From: Octopus sinensis
Taxonomy: Eukaryota
DNA: 64,000 nucleotides
Direction of reading: 5' to 3'
Assembly: GCF_006345805.1 (NCBI RefSeq)
Contig: NC_042998.1
Location: 193,998,001 to 194,062,000, forward strand
Of the stretch, positions 62,911 through 64,000 are shown piece after piece (position 1 is the first letter of the stretch; each line of letters begins with the position of its first letter). Under the pieces are notes generated by a model that did no database searches, had not been told where the DNA came from, and was given only the letters and a program-made list of their open reading frames with translations. Both the position numbers and the translations under genes were made by a program.

Positions 62911-63357
62911 GAATGCACAAAAGCTCTTTTCAGAGTTATTTACTTTGAATTGTTATCTCATATCTGATTAACCTGTTATTACGTAACATGTATAATGATT
63001 TTAGTATACATACCTTATTAGTAATTCCTCTTATGTTCTATATATTCTGGGAATGCATTAAAGCCCTTTTCGGGGCTACTTTATTCGAATTCTTACTATT
63101 CGGTAACTAATTTCATGTTATTACATAACTGACTTTGTAATTTGGGTATTCATAACTTATTGGTAATTCCTAAAAACAAGATCCTGTGTAAGACAGTTCG
63201 GTATTCTCTGTAAATGCACAAAAACCATTTTAAGGGCTACATACTTTGTATTGTTGTTATCGGATTAGTGAAACAATTATGAGAACAGAACCAAGAGATA
63301 AGCCCTGCTTTTCCTGGGAATTACTGGGTACGTCTGCTAGTAATTAATGAGGGAAAT

Positions 63358-63624
63358 AGAAAATGGAGTTCGAAGAATCCTTATTCATCTCAACGATCGT
63401 TTCGGTCCCTTGTGGGTGGGATACTGTACAACTGGTTGTGTTGCATTCTCTGATGCAGATGCATCTCATCAGGTGTTTTAAAGAAGATACCTCGCGAACT
63501 GTACTCGGTTTCACTTGGCATGTTGTTGTTGCCAGTAGGTTGTTGGCCCTAATGACAAGGGACTGACATAAGATAAGTCAAAACGGTTGCTGTGATGAAT
63601 AAGGATTCTTGTGAACTCCATTTC
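63358..63624. repeat. ~270-bp unit with ~30-bp terminal inverted repeats and a degenerate hammerhead-like core (-)
   Basis: aaatggagttcgaagaatccttattcatc / gatgaataaggattcttgtgaactccattt; minus-strand CTGATGA...CGAAACGATCGTT. Confidence 0.5.
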
Positions 63625-64000
63625 ATGTTTCCCCCGCTCATTATAAACTGAATGAACAGTGTAGAATTCCTGCGGTAGATCCAGTGACACTTATATCAAA
63701 ACTGTAAAAGTGATTTAATTAGCATACTACTACTACTAATCATATATCCAAAGTCCAAATAATTCTCCTATTTTGCTAACCAGGCTCTATTCTCATATTC
63801 TTGTTCCTTGCAAGTATACCCTAGCACTCCACCATCTCTCTTCTACTCTCTCTTACACTTTTGCTGTTTCCTACTCTCTCTCACTTTGGTCATGCCCCTC
63901 CCCTCTCTCTCTCCTCTTGTTTCTTCTCTGACTAGGTAACTAAGTATCACCTTTACATCAGCACACTTGTTTCTGGTCTCTTTCTGTACCTCTCTCTCTT

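Overview
AT-rich animal genomic DNA. The SINE families and dense (TA)n/(CA)n arrays suggest a coleoid cephalopod, probably Octopus (inference, no search run). One clear host gene: a 1962-aa, single-exon-encoded ZNF800-like C2H2/C2HC zinc-finger protein (14894-20782, +) with an AT-hook-like motif and a long Lys/Asp/Ser coding minisatellite. The rest is mostly decayed mobile DNA: several tRNA-derived or LINE-tailed SINE families; RTE, CR1 and Tx1/L1 LINE fragments; three Penelope-like (PLE, GIY-YIG) fragments; three Tc1/mariner elements; MITEs; non-autonomous Helitron-like elements and a Helitron helicase fragment. Features not explained by the ORF track: (i) minimal type I hammerhead-ribozyme motifs, one at the apex of a ~140-nt rod-like hairpin and one downstream of a tRNA-like Pol III promoter module; (ii) perfect and diverged fold-back structures, including an inverted triplication and a 3.4-kb array of related fold-back modules; (iii) a sharp CpG-poor to CpG-normal transition near 41 kb. 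Coordinates of decayed repeats are approximate.
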